A stretch of DNA of 50,926 nucleotides from Elusimicrobiota bacterium (GCA_016204945.1 JACQJQ010000100.1:1-50926); one strand, 5' to 3'; counted from the stretch's first letter, positions 34,471-44,038 are shown. Notes: a model not told the origin generated them from the letters alone. A program made the numbers and translations.

Positions 34471-35852
34471 CGCGCTCCCTGCTCGCCGCTCTCTTTTTCA
34501 TCCCGCCCGCCGCGGCCGCGCCGCCCGACCCGACCTTGACCATCGAGGCGCGCGCGTTCCGGCCGGGGGAGGTCATCCTCGTGACCGTCTCCGGCCACGA
34601 CGCCAAGGCGCCTCCCGACGCGTCCATGAAGGGGCGCGCCCTGGACTTTTTTCCGGGCGCCTCGACGGGAACGTGGCTCGCCCTCATCGGCCTCGACCTT
34701 GAATTCTCGACCGGCCCCGCGACGCTCTCCGCCGTGATGCGCGCACCCGGCGGCAAGGCGGTGCGCGCGAGCGAAACCTTCGACGTCATGGACGCGGGCT
34801 TTCCCGTCGTGGAGCTCAAAGTCGACCAGAAATTCGTCACGCCCGAGAAGAACGACGCCGAGCGCGCCGAGGCCGAGTCCGCCAGGCTCCAGAAGCTGTT
34901 CTCGGTAAGCGACGAGAAGCGGCTGTTCGACGGCCGTTTCGACTCCCCGATCCCCGGGGCGGCGACCGCCCGCTTCGGCGAACGGCGCGTGTTCAACGGC
35001 CAGCCGCGCGCCCCGCACTCGGGCATGGACTTGAAAGCCCGGTCCGGACTGCCCGTGCGCGCCCCCGCCGGCGGGAAGGTCTTGCTCTCCGATCGGCTGT
35101 TCTTCGCGGGCAAAACCATCATCATCGACCACGGCCTTGGTCTGATGACGCAGTACGCCCATCTCTCCAGATCCCTGGTCAAGCCGGGCGACCTCGTGAA
35201 GAAGGGGCGGATCATCGGCGAGGTCGGCGCGACCGGGCGCGTCACGGGGCCGCACCTGCACTGGGCCCTTAAGTTCCGCGGCGCTCGCGTCGACCCGTAT
35301 TCGCTGGTCTTCCTCGATCTCGACGCGAAGCTCACGGCCCGCCCAGATGATCCGCTGAGGCGTTCGGCGCTTTGCGGACGCGTCGATGGACCCGAGCCGG
35401 CCTGGAGCAAGCCTTCCCGGGGCCTGCGCGCGCGCGCGCGCGCGGCCAAGGCCGCCTATGCTCCGGGCGAGGGCATCTCTTTCCTGATTGAGATACAGAA
35501 CCTCGGCTGGAAGCCGGCCTTCATCGACTTCGTGCGCGACGCCGCCATGCGTCCGCTCGTGCTGGGCATCGGCGAGGAGCCGCGGCCGTATGACGCGCTC
35601 GCCTCCTCGAGAACCGCGGCGGGCCCCCTCACCGAGCAGATCAAGATCAAGAGGGGAGGAACGCTGTGCTTCGAGCAGGGCCGGTCCTCCGCGGGGCCCC
35701 TGCTCGCCCGCGAAACCACGAGCTACGCCCTGTCGTACGGCACCGAGCGCCTGTATCTTTCGACCTCGGCGGCTCGCGCCGGCCTTTGGCGCGGACGCAT
35801 CGCGATCCCTCCCGCGACCGTCATCGTTTCCACCGCCGCGCGCGCTCACTAA
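34467..35852 (+). CDS. M23 family metallopeptidase with an unassigned C-terminal extension of about 170 aa
   Basis: PHSGMDLKA .. IIIDHGLGLMTQYAHLS .. GATGRVTGPHLHWAL. ATGA overlap with the upstream gene. Confidence 0.85.
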   Translation: MTRSLLAALFFIPPAAAAPPDPTLTIEARAFRPGEVILVTVSGHDAKAPPDASMKGRALDFFPGASTGTWLALIGLDLEFSTGPATLSAVMRAPGGKAVRASETFDVMDAGFPVVELKVDQKFVTPEKNDAERAEAESARLQKLFSVSDEKRLFDGRFDSPIPGAATARFGERRVFNGQPRAPHSGMDLKARSGLPVRAPAGGKVLLSDRLFFAGKTIIIDHGLGLMTQYAHLSRSLVKPGDLVKKGRIIGEVGATGRVTGPHLHWALKFRGARVDPYSLVFLDLDAKLTARPDDPLRRSALCGRVDGPEPAWSKPSRGLRARARAAKAAYAPGEGISFLIEIQNLGWKPAFIDFVRDAAMRPLVLGIGEEPRPYDALASSRTAAGPLTEQIKIKRGGTLCFEQGRSSAGPLLARETTSYALSYGTERLYLSTSAARAGLWRGRIAIPPATVIVSTAARAH

Positions 35853-35872
35853 GCGGGGTCCCGCGAAAAGCT

Positions 35873-35878
35873 ATAATT
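35873..35878 (+). promoter_or_regulatory. consensus TATAAT box 6 nt upstream of the leuS TTG start
   Basis: Read directly from the sequence. No Shine-Dalgarno in between. Confidence 0.3.
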
Positions 35879-35884
35879 TTTCCC

Positions 35885-38404
35885 TTGAAGACCGAGCACA
35901 TCGACCACGCCGGGATCGAAAAAAAATGGCAGGACAAATGGGAAGCGGCCGGCGTCTTCCGCGCTCCCCGAACGCCCCGTCCGGGCAGGAAGTTCTATTG
36001 CCTCGACATGTTCCCCTACCCTTCAGCCGCCGGCCTCCACGTCGGCCACCCCGAAGGCTACACCGCCACCGACATCCTCTGCCGCTACAAACGAATGAAC
36101 GATTTCGACGTCCTGCACCCGATAGGCTGGGACGCCTTCGGCCTGCCCGCAGAAAACTTCGCCATCGCGACGGGCATGCACCCGGCGCAGGTCACCAAGG
36201 ACAACATCGACAATTTCCGCCGGCAGATCAAATCCCTCGGCTTTTCCTACGACTGGAGCCGGGAGGTCGATACGACGGACCCGCGTTATTACCGCTGGAC
36301 CCAATGGATATTCCTGCAGTTGTTCAAGAAGGGCCTGGCCTACGAAAGCACGGCGCCCATTAATTTCTGCCCTTCGTGCAAGACCGGCCTCGCGAACGAA
36401 GAGGTGTTCAACGGCGCATGCGAGCGCTGCGGCGCCAAAGTCGAACGGAAAAACATCCGGCAGTGGGTCCTGAAGATCACCGCGTACGCGGACAGGCTTG
36501 AGTCCGACCTCGCCGGCCTCGACTGGCCCGGGTCCACGCTCGCGATGCAGCGGCACTGGATCGGACGCTCCGAGGGCGCGGAGGTGGCGTTCCGATCCGA
36601 AGGCGGCGATGAGATCAAGGTCTTCACGACCCGGCCCGACACCTTGTTCGGGGCGACGTACATGGTGCTCGCGCCCGAGCATCCGCTTGTCGAGCGGATA
36701 ACCGCGGAAGCGCGGAGACGCGCGGTGAGGTCCTATGCCGAAGCAGCTCGAAGCAAGTCCGATCTCGAAAGAACGGAGCTGCAGAAGGAGAAGACGGGGG
36801 TATTCACCGGCGGTTTCGCGGTGAACCCCGTCAACGGCGGGAGAATACCGGTCTACGTCGCCGATTACGTCCTGGGCTCCTACGGAACCGGCGCCATCAT
36901 GGCCGTGCCCGGGCACGATGCGCGGGATCGCGAATTCGCCTTGAAGTATAAGCTCGACATCAAGATGGTCGTGTCTCCGCCCGAGGGAACGGCGCTCGAG
37001 GAAGGCGCGGCGTTCACCGGGGAAGGAACGGCGGTGAATTCGGACTTCCTGAACGGGCTCGCGACGCCCGCGGCCAAGAGAGCGATGATCTCTTGGCTTG
37101 AGAAAAAAGGCCTCGGGGCCGAGCGCGTCAACTACAAGCTGAGGGACTGGCTTTTTTCGCGGCAGCGCTATTGGGGGGAGCCGATACCGCTCGTGCACTG
37201 CGCCAAGTGCGGCGTCGTTCCCGTGCCCGAAGACCAGCTTCCCCTGCGCTTGCCGGATGTCGCCGATTTCAAGCCGACCGGAACCGGCGAATCGCCCCTG
37301 GCGAACGCGGACGATTGGGTCAACGCCGCGTGTCCCGCGTGCGCCGGACCGGCCAAGCGCGAAACGAACACCATGCCGCAGTGGGCCGGATCGTGCTGGT
37401 ACTACCTGCGCTACGTCGATCCGAACAACGCCTCGGCGGCCTGGGGCGCCGAGCTGGAAAAGGCGTGGGGGCCCGTCGACTGCTACGTCGGCGGCGCCGA
37501 ACACGCCGTCCTGCACCTGCTCTACGCCCGCTTCTGGCACAAGGTCCTCTTCGATCTCGGCCTCGTTTCCACGGAGGAGCCCTTCCGCAAGCTCAGGCAT
37601 CAAGGCATGATCCTGTCCTACTCGAACCGCGACGCCCAGGGGACCTACCACTCCTACGAGGACGTCGAATACGACGAGCAGGGCCGCGCGACGCTCGCGG
37701 CCACGGGCGAGATTCTGGCCTTGCAGGTCGAGAAGATGTCCAAGTCCAAGAAGAACGTCGTCAACCCCGACGTCGTGCTCAAGCGCTACGGCGCGGACGC
37801 ATTCCGGCTCTATGAAATGTTCATGGGCCCGTTCGAGCAGGCCAAACCCTGGGACATGCGCAGCATCGAGGGCGTCTACCGCTTCCTGCGCCGGGCCTAC
37901 GTCCTGGTCAACGACCTGAAGGCGGCTCCCGCCTCCGGCGAGGGCCTCGCGGCCTTGCGGCACCGCACGATCAAAAAGGTCGGCGAGGACATCGAGTCGT
38001 TCGGCTTCAACACGGGCATTTCCTCGCTGATGATTTATCTCAATGCCATTCATGGCGAAAAATCGCCGGCCAAGATCGATCTGGAGACATTCTTGACGCT
38101 TCTCAATCCGTTCGCCCCCCACCTGACCGAGGAGCTGTGGGAAAAACTCGGCCACGCGGATCTGCTCTGCCGCCGGCCGTGGCCGAAATGGGACCCCGGC
38201 CACCTGGTCGACGCCGTCGTCGAATACGCGGTCCAAGTCAACGGGAAGCTGAGAGACACGTTCAAGATCGCCTCCGATGCGCCGCAAGAACTCGTCCAAG
38301 AGGCCGCGATCAAGCTCGTCAAGGTCCAAACCGCGATCGGGCAAAAAACCATCGTCAAAATGATCGTCATTCCCAAAAAGCTCGTCAACCTGGTGGTCAA
38401 ATGA
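35885..38404 (+). CDS. leuS: leucine--tRNA ligase
   Basis: TTG start, chosen by alignment of EHIDHAGIEKKWQDKWEAAGVF to the LeuS N-terminus. HVGHPEGY (HIGH) and KMSKSKKN motifs. Confidence 0.9.
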   Translation: MKTEHIDHAGIEKKWQDKWEAAGVFRAPRTPRPGRKFYCLDMFPYPSAAGLHVGHPEGYTATDILCRYKRMNDFDVLHPIGWDAFGLPAENFAIATGMHPAQVTKDNIDNFRRQIKSLGFSYDWSREVDTTDPRYYRWTQWIFLQLFKKGLAYESTAPINFCPSCKTGLANEEVFNGACERCGAKVERKNIRQWVLKITAYADRLESDLAGLDWPGSTLAMQRHWIGRSEGAEVAFRSEGGDEIKVFTTRPDTLFGATYMVLAPEHPLVERITAEARRRAVRSYAEAARSKSDLERTELQKEKTGVFTGGFAVNPVNGGRIPVYVADYVLGSYGTGAIMAVPGHDARDREFALKYKLDIKMVVSPPEGTALEEGAAFTGEGTAVNSDFLNGLATPAAKRAMISWLEKKGLGAERVNYKLRDWLFSRQRYWGEPIPLVHCAKCGVVPVPEDQLPLRLPDVADFKPTGTGESPLANADDWVNAACPACAGPAKRETNTMPQWAGSCWYYLRYVDPNNASAAWGAELEKAWGPVDCYVGGAEHAVLHLLYARFWHKVLFDLGLVSTEEPFRKLRHQGMILSYSNRDAQGTYHSYEDVEYDEQGRATLAATGEILALQVEKMSKSKKNVVNPDVVLKRYGADAFRLYEMFMGPFEQAKPWDMRSIEGVYRFLRRAYVLVNDLKAAPASGEGLAALRHRTIKKVGEDIESFGFNTGISSLMIYLNAIHGEKSPAKIDLETFLTLLNPFAPHLTEELWEKLGHADLLCRRPWPKWDPGHLVDAVVEYAVQVNGKLRDTFKIASDAPQELVQEAAIKLVKVQTAIGQKTIVKMIVIPKKLVNLVVK

Positions 38405-39021
38405 AAAAAATCAAACTCGTCCCCCTCGCCGCCGTCGTGCTGGCCGCCGCGTGCGGCACCGACGTCGCCTACAAGCCCACGGCCCAGATTCTCCCGGCGC
38501 ACGTCAAGCGCCTCGCCCTGCGCCCGATCACCAACAAGACCCAGCAGTTCGGCCTCGAGGACAAGCTCTCCCTGCGCGTGCGGGACGAATTCCTGCGCGA
38601 CGGCCGCTATCCCCCGGTCCCGGAACCCGAGGCGCAGGGCATCGTATGGATCACCATCTCGCGCTACATCCTGACCCCCGTGCAGTACGACTCGACGCAG
38701 GCCGCGACGGCCTTCAAGCTGCGCATCCTCGTCGATCTCCAGTTCATCGACAAGAGCACGAACCAGATATTGTGGGAGGAAAAGAACCTGGAGGGCGCTC
38801 TCTCCTTCCCCGCCCTGACCCTGCGCGGCGGGCTGACCGAGGAGCAGGCGCGCGAGCAGATATGGGAGGTCCTGTCGCACAGCATCGTCAAGCGCGTCGT
38901 GGACGGCTTCGGCTCGGTCACCGGCACCTCGGAGCGGCGCATCACCGGCGCGGCCCCGTCGACGGCGCCTCCCGCCAAGCCGGAAACGCCCCTCAAGCCC
39001 GTCATCGTCAATCCCTACTGA
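38401..39021 (+). CDS. lptE: LPS-assembly lipoprotein LptE-like
   Basis: Lipobox LAAAC|G. About 200 aa. Sits between leuS and holA, as lptE (rlpB) does in E. coli. ATGA overlap with leuS. Confidence 0.6.
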   Translation: MKKIKLVPLAAVVLAAACGTDVAYKPTAQILPAHVKRLALRPITNKTQQFGLEDKLSLRVRDEFLRDGRYPPVPEPEAQGIVWITISRYILTPVQYDSTQAATAFKLRILVDLQFIDKSTNQILWEEKNLEGALSFPALTLRGGLTEEQAREQIWEVLSHSIVKRVVDGFGSVTGTSERRITGAAPSTAPPAKPETPLKPVIVNPY

Positions 39022-39025
39022 GACG

Positions 39026-40039
39026 ATGGAGCTCAAGCCCAACGACCTCGCGGCGGAATGGGCGGCGGGCCGCTTCCGCCCGGTCTACTACCTGTTCGGA
39101 GAGGAATCCGCGGCCAAGGCCGACGCGATCCTGAAGCTCAAGGCTCTCTTCAAGCCCGACGACTTCAATCTCAGGGAATTCTCCGGCGACCCCAACTCCG
39201 AGCATCCCGCGATCGTCAGCGAGGCGCTGACCTTGCCCGTGTTCGCGGACAAGCGCCTCGTCATCGTGCGCAGCCCCAGGCTCCCCGCCGAGGCCCGCGC
39301 GGCCTTCGCCGCCTACCTGCGCTCCCCCTCGACGACGACGACGCTCGTCCTCCTGTCGGAGGACCGCCGCCCGGACAAGAAGGACGTCCTGGCCGACGCG
39401 GCGGCGCGAGCCGGCGCGATCTGCGTTTTTTCCCCGCTCACCGAAGAGGAGGCCGTCGAGCGCCTTCTGGCCGAGGCCAAGAAGGCGGGCAAGAGCCTGG
39501 ACCCGGCGGCGGCCGCGGCCCTGACCGAGCAAGCCGGAACGGACTGGGGAATCTTGAGCGGCGAACTGGAGAAGGCCGTCCTGTTCGCCGGACGATCGGC
39601 GGACATCGGGATGGAGGCGGTGTCCGCGAGCATGGGCTTGCGCAAGGCAGCCGATCCCTGGGCGTTTGAGCGCCTCGTTTCAGGACGCGACCTCAAAGCC
39701 TGCCTCTTATACCTGCGCGACGCCTTCTCGGGCGCGAAGCCGGAAGAGGTGGTCTTCCGCTCGCTGGCCCAGGCCCGGACCGCCTACCTCAAGCAGCTCA
39801 AGGCCAAGCGCATGCTGAAGGCGGGCATGCCCCCGGGCGAGATCGAGAGGGCCCTGCGCATCTTCTACGACCGGGATTTTTTCGCGCGCGCCCAGCGCGT
39901 CACCGAGGGGCGCCTGCGCCGCGACCTGCGACGCCTGCTCGAGGTCGAGACCGACCTCAAGTCCAAGGCCTGGCTCGACGCCAAGATCGAACTGGAGGGC
40001 GTCGTCGTCGAGCTCTGCACGCCGACCGCGCGGCTTTAA
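39026..40039 (+). CDS. holA: DNA polymerase III subunit delta
   Basis: 337 aa. RPVYYLFGEE, LPVFADKRLVIV, helical C-terminal domain. Conserved position after lptE. Confidence 0.8.
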   Translation: MELKPNDLAAEWAAGRFRPVYYLFGEESAAKADAILKLKALFKPDDFNLREFSGDPNSEHPAIVSEALTLPVFADKRLVIVRSPRLPAEARAAFAAYLRSPSTTTTLVLLSEDRRPDKKDVLADAAARAGAICVFSPLTEEEAVERLLAEAKKAGKSLDPAAAAALTEQAGTDWGILSGELEKAVLFAGRSADIGMEAVSASMGLRKAADPWAFERLVSGRDLKACLLYLRDAFSGAKPEEVVFRSLAQARTAYLKQLKAKRMLKAGMPPGEIERALRIFYDRDFFARAQRVTEGRLRRDLRRLLEVETDLKSKAWLDAKIELEGVVVELCTPTARL

Positions 40040-40326
40040 GACGCGGCGGGGGCCAGCTTGCCGACCTGGGCGGCCAGGCGCGACTTCTTTCGCGCGGCGG
40101 CCTTCCAGTGGATGGCCCCGCTTCTCGCGGCCTTGTCAAGCGCGGAGGCGGCCTTCCCGGTCAAGTCGGACAAGTCCTTGATGTCCTTGCTCTTCGCGGC
40201 GTCCACGACGGCGCGGACGGCGAGGCGGACCGACTTCCTGAGACCCGCGTTATGGATCGCGTGCTTCAGGGACTGCCGGTGAGCCTTGAGCCCCGACTTG
40301 TGACGCATCTGCTTCTTCTTTGCCAT
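40036..40326 (-). CDS. rpsT: 30S ribosomal protein S20
   Basis: MAKKKQMRHKSGLKAHRQSLKHAIHNAGLRKSVR.. is a basic helical S20-type sequence. Confidence 0.9.
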   Translation of the reverse strand: MAKKKQMRHKSGLKAHRQSLKHAIHNAGLRKSVRLAVRAVVDAAKSKDIKDLSDLTGKAASALDKAARSGAIHWKAAARKKSRLAAQVGKLAPAAS

Positions 40327-40335
40327 GGGAGCGTC

Positions 40336-40365
40336 ATTATGGCTTTTTAAGCCCCCGCCCGTCAA
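40336..40365 (-). promoter_or_regulatory. rpsT promoter: TTGACG (40360-40365), 18 nt, CATAAT (40336-40341), then 9 nt to the ATG at 40326
   Basis: Read on the minus strand. No Shine-Dalgarno between the box and the ATG. Confidence 0.45.
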
Positions 40366-40389
40366 TGCGGCCGCCGACGACGCCCCCCT

Positions 40390-40398
40390 TGATATACT
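40390..40398 (+). promoter_or_regulatory. extended -10 TGaTATACT, 6 nt upstream of the uvrC ATG at 40405
   Basis: Read directly from the sequence. Divergent from the rpsT promoter within a 78-nt spacer. Confidence 0.4.
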
Positions 40399-40404
40399 GT
40401 CGTC

Positions 40405-41712
40405 ATGGATTCGCCGTACCGAGGACACCTCCCCCACAAGACGGGCGTCTACATCATGCGCGACGCCGCGGGCGAAATCCTGTACATCGGCAAAGCGGTC
40501 GATCTCTTCAAACGCGTGGCCCAGTACTTCAATCCCAACAAGACCGATGTGATGGACCGCTCGCTCGTCCCGCTGATCCGCGCGATCGACTATATCCTCT
40601 GCGAATCCGAGCGCGAGTCCCTGCTTCTCGAGCGCCGCCTGATCAACGAGAATCAGCCGTTCTTCAACGTGCTTTGGAAGGACGGCAAAAGCTACCCCTA
40701 CGTCAAAATCACCATGGGAGAAGACTTCCCGCGGATAGTCATGACGCGCAAAAAGAGCCGCGACGGCGGCGCCTACTTCGGCCCCTTCCCCAGAGTGGCG
40801 CCCCTGCGGGGACTCCTGCGCCACCTTTGGCGGCTGAAAATATTCCCGCTCCGCCCCTGCCGATGGGACTTTTCCGAGACGAAGCCCCTCGACCGCCGCC
40901 GGATCAACTCCTGCCTCTATTACCACACGAAGGAATGCCCGGCCCCGTGCGCGGGCAAGACGACGAAAAAAGATTACCGGGAGATCGCGGAGCGCGCCGC
41001 GCTGTTCTTCAGGGGCCGCTATGCCGCCCTCGGGAAAAAATTCGAGCGGGAAATGAAGCGCGCCTCGAAGGCCCTGGATTATGAGCGCGCGGCGCGATTG
41101 CGCGACAACATATCCGCCCTATCCCAAATGGGAGAGCGGGTGCGGGTGCGGGCGGTGGAGGCGGAGACCGTCGGCAGGCACACCGCCCCGACCCGGATGC
41201 TGACCGATCTCCAAAGGGCTCTCCGGCTGCCCGCGCCCCCGGTTCATATCGAGTGCTTCGACGTCTCGCATTTCCAGGGGCATCAGACGGTCGCCTCGAT
41301 GGTCTGCTTCATCGGGGGAAAGGCGCATCGCGGCCACTATCGGAAGTTCAAGATCCGCGGCACGGCGGGCATCGACGATTTCAAGTCCATGCGCGAGGCC
41401 GTCTACCGCCGCTGCAAGCGCCTGAAGATGGAGGGCGCGGCCCTGCCCGACCTGATCCTCATCGACGGCGGCAAGGGCCAGCTGGGCGCGGCGCGGGCGG
41501 CCCTCAAGGAGCTCGGGACCGATATCCCGACGGCCTCCCTCGCCAAGCGGATCGAGGAGATATTCCTGCCCGGGCGCCCCGAATCGCTCATCCTGAGGCT
41601 CGACGACCCCGCGCTGCGCCTGCTGCAGCGGCTGCGCGACGAGGCGCACCGCTTCGGCGTGGCGTACCACCGCCTGCTTCGCGCCAAGCGCCTTTTCGGA
41701 CCGCGGCCTTAG
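40405..41712 (+). CDS. uvrC: excinuclease ABC subunit C, short form without the C-terminal (HhH)2 domain
   Basis: GIY-YIG domain (GVYIMRDAAGEILYIGKA), UVR domain (LDYERAARLRDNISAL), endonuclease domain (IECFDVSHFQG, DDFKSM, PDLILIDGGKGQL, RDEAHRFG). Ends at 435 aa. Confidence 0.85.
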   Translation: MDSPYRGHLPHKTGVYIMRDAAGEILYIGKAVDLFKRVAQYFNPNKTDVMDRSLVPLIRAIDYILCESERESLLLERRLINENQPFFNVLWKDGKSYPYVKITMGEDFPRIVMTRKKSRDGGAYFGPFPRVAPLRGLLRHLWRLKIFPLRPCRWDFSETKPLDRRRINSCLYYHTKECPAPCAGKTTKKDYREIAERAALFFRGRYAALGKKFEREMKRASKALDYERAARLRDNISALSQMGERVRVRAVEAETVGRHTAPTRMLTDLQRALRLPAPPVHIECFDVSHFQGHQTVASMVCFIGGKAHRGHYRKFKIRGTAGIDDFKSMREAVYRRCKRLKMEGAALPDLILIDGGKGQLGAARAALKELGTDIPTASLAKRIEEIFLPGRPESLILRLDDPALRLLQRLRDEAHRFGVAYHRLLRAKRLFGPRP

Positions 41713-42944
41713 CCCTGCTTGCCGGCCAGCTCTCCCATGGCGAACATGGGCATGAACATCGCGATGACGATCGTGCCGATGATGAGGCCCATGACGACGA
41801 TGACGATGGGTTCTATGAGCGAGGTCAGGCCCTTGACCGCGGTGTCGACCTCCTGGTCGTAGAAATCCGCGATCTTGCTCAGCATGATGTCGAGCGCGCC
41901 GGTCTCCTCGCCGACGGAAATCATCGAGGTGACCATGTTCGGAAAGATGCCGGATTTCTTGAGGGGATCCGACAGGTGCCCGCCTTCGCGGATGGACTCG
42001 CGCGTCTGGCTGACGGCCTCCGCGATGACGACGTTCCCGGCCGTGGACGCGACGGTCTCGAGCGCCTGCATGATCGGCACGCCCGACTTGATCAAGGTGC
42101 CGAGCGTGCGCGTGAAGCGCGCGACGGCGACCTTCTTGAGGATCGGCCCGAAAATAGGCGCCTTGAGGGACCGCGTGTCGACCCACTTGCGGCCCGCCGC
42201 CGTTGAATAGAATTTTCCGAAACCCTTCCAAGCGGCGACCGGGAACGCGACGAGCAGGTACCAGCGGGCTTTCATCGCGTCCGAAAGGTCGATGAGAATC
42301 TGCGTCGGCAGGGGAAGTTCGGCGCCGAAGCCGGCGAAGATGTTCTTGAAGGTCGGGATCACGAAGACCATCAGGAACACCGTAACGAGCGAGCAGATCG
42401 AGAGCACGATCGCGGGATACATCATCGCCGACTTCACCTTGGCCTTCAGGGCCTCCGAGCTCTCGAGATAGGCCGTCAAGCGCTCCAGGATGGTGTCCAG
42501 AATGCCGCCGAGCTCTCCGGCCTTGACCATCGAGCAGTACAGGTCCGGAAACGCATGGGGATGCTTCTTCAGGGCGTCGGAAATCGACAGGCCGGCCTCG
42601 ATGTCGGACTTGACCGCGCTCAGGACCTCCTTGAAGGCGGGGTTCTCCGCCTGTCCCTCGAGAATGCCCAGGCTCTGCACGATCGGCACCCCCGCGCCGA
42701 CCAAGGTCGAGAGCTGGCGGGAGAACAGAGACAGGTCCTTCGAGGGGATCTCGCCCTTGCTCTTCTTCCAGCCGATCAGGGCCCGGAACTTCTCGAGCGG
42801 GGGCACCGGCTTCTCCACGATCTCGAGAACGACCATTTTCTGGCCGCGGAGCTTCTCGACGGCCGCGCGCTGCTCGTCGGCCTCGATCAACCCCTCCATG
42901 ACGAGGCCGGCGGCGGTTTTAGCTTTGTATTTGTAGGCGGGCAT
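41709..42944 (-). CDS. pilC: type IV pilus platform protein PilC (GspF family)
   Basis: Start MPAYKYKAKTAAG. Two GspF repeats (FSRQLSTLVGAGVPIVQSL / FTRTLGTLIKSGVPIMQAL). Confidence 0.9.
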   Translation of the reverse strand: MPAYKYKAKTAAGLVMEGLIEADEQRAAVEKLRGQKMVVLEIVEKPVPPLEKFRALIGWKKSKGEIPSKDLSLFSRQLSTLVGAGVPIVQSLGILEGQAENPAFKEVLSAVKSDIEAGLSISDALKKHPHAFPDLYCSMVKAGELGGILDTILERLTAYLESSEALKAKVKSAMMYPAIVLSICSLVTVFLMVFVIPTFKNIFAGFGAELPLPTQILIDLSDAMKARWYLLVAFPVAAWKGFGKFYSTAAGRKWVDTRSLKAPIFGPILKKVAVARFTRTLGTLIKSGVPIMQALETVASTAGNVVIAEAVSQTRESIREGGHLSDPLKKSGIFPNMVTSMISVGEETGALDIMLSKIADFYDQEVDTAVKGLTSLIEPIVIVVMGLIIGTIVIAMFMPMFAMGELAGKQG

Positions 42945-42958
42945 AAGCTCTCCCTGCT

Positions 42959-44038
42959 CTAAGATTGCGCGGGCGCCATGTGTCGCTGCATCAGGCGACG
43001 AAGGTCTTCCGGGTCCATGGAATGAGACATCGCCTCCTGGAACGTGATCTTCTGCTTGAGGTAGAGCTCGGCAAGGGACTGGTTCATCGTCTGCATGCCG
43101 ACCTTGCCCCCTGTCTGGATCGCGACCTGGATCTGCTCCACCTTCTGCTCCCGGATCAGGTTGCGGATCGCCGAGTTGACGATGAGCGTCTCGCACGCCA
43201 GCACTCGCCCGGCCCCCGACGCATGGCCGAGCAGCTGCTGGCAGAGGACGGCCTGGAGGACGAAGGAGAGCTGGACGCGCACCTGCTCGAGCTGATGCTG
43301 CGGGAAAACGTCGATGATGCGGTTGATCGTCTGCGCGCAGTCCGTCGTATGGAGCGTCGATAAGACCATGTGGCCCGTCTCGGCGATATTAAGCGCGGCC
43401 TGGATCGTCTCGAGGTCGCGCAGCTCCCCGATGAGGATCACGTTGGGATCCTGCCGCAGGATATGCCGGAGGGCGGTGCCGAACGTCGCCGTGTCCGAGC
43501 CGACCTCGCGCTGATTGATGACGGACTTCTTGTGCGTGTGCACGAACTCGATCGGGTCCTCGATCGTCACGATATGCGCGGAGCGCGTTTCGTTGATGAA
43601 GTCGATCATGCTGCCCAAGGTCGTGGACTTCCCCGATCCCGTCGGCCCGGTGACCAGAATGAGGCCTTTGGGAAGCTTCATGATGTCGAGGATGGACTTG
43701 GGCACGCCGATCTCGTCGAAAGTTTTGAAGGAGCTCGGGATCGCGCGGATCGCTGCGCCGACCGAGCCGGTCTGGCGGTACACGTTCATGCGCACGCGGC
43801 CTATGCCGCGCAGGTTGAAGGCCAGGTCGAGCTCGTTGGACGCCTCGAAGCGCTGGCGCTGCTGATCGTTGAGCAGGGAGTAGATCAAGGTCTGGACCGT
43901 CTCGTTGCCGAGCTTCTCGAAGGGAGTCGGGAGCAGGGCGCCGTCGATGCGCAGCGTCGGGGGAGCCCCCACCGTGAGATGGAGGTCGGACGCTCCGCGC
44001 TCGTGCATCAGCAGAAACAACTCGCCCATCGAAACCAT
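42959..44038 (-). CDS. pilT: type IV pilus retraction ATPase PilT
   Basis: ASDLHL, GLILVTGPTGSGKSTTL, ILIGELRD, GHMVLSTLHT, about 360 aa. AAGGAG lies 6 nt before the ATG. Confidence 0.9.
   Translation of the reverse strand: MVSMGELFLLMHERGASDLHLTVGAPPTLRIDGALLPTPFEKLGNETVQTLIYSLLNDQQRQRFEASNELDLAFNLRGIGRVRMNVYRQTGSVGAAIRAIPSSFKTFDEIGVPKSILDIMKLPKGLILVTGPTGSGKSTTLGSMIDFINETRSAHIVTIEDPIEFVHTHKKSVINQREVGSDTATFGTALRHILRQDPNVILIGELRDLETIQAALNIAETGHMVLSTLHTTDCAQTINRIIDVFPQHQLEQVRVQLSFVLQAVLCQQLLGHASGAGRVLACETLIVNSAIRNLIREQKVEQIQVAIQTGGKVGMQTMNQSLAELYLKQKITFQEAMSHSMDPEDLRRLMQRHMAPAQS

Noticed and set aside
35426-35444. Alternating GC/CG run of 19 nt (Z-DNA-prone)
   Set aside because: It is in frame inside the M23 peptidase gene (encodes LRARARAA). 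I see no independent evidence of function.
32626-35849. Long minus-strand ORFs 32626..34398, 34154..35449 and 34260..35849
   Set aside because: They are antisense to the Wzy_C/TPR and M23 genes. Extreme Arg/Gly/Pro content and no motifs.
36023-38344. 773-aa minus-strand ORF over leuS
   Set aside because: Antisense shadow of leuS.
40405-41712. uvrC as a frameshifted pseudogene
   Set aside because: All three retained domains are intact and in one frame. The stop overlaps the convergent pilC stop, so no downstream HhH-coding remnant exists.
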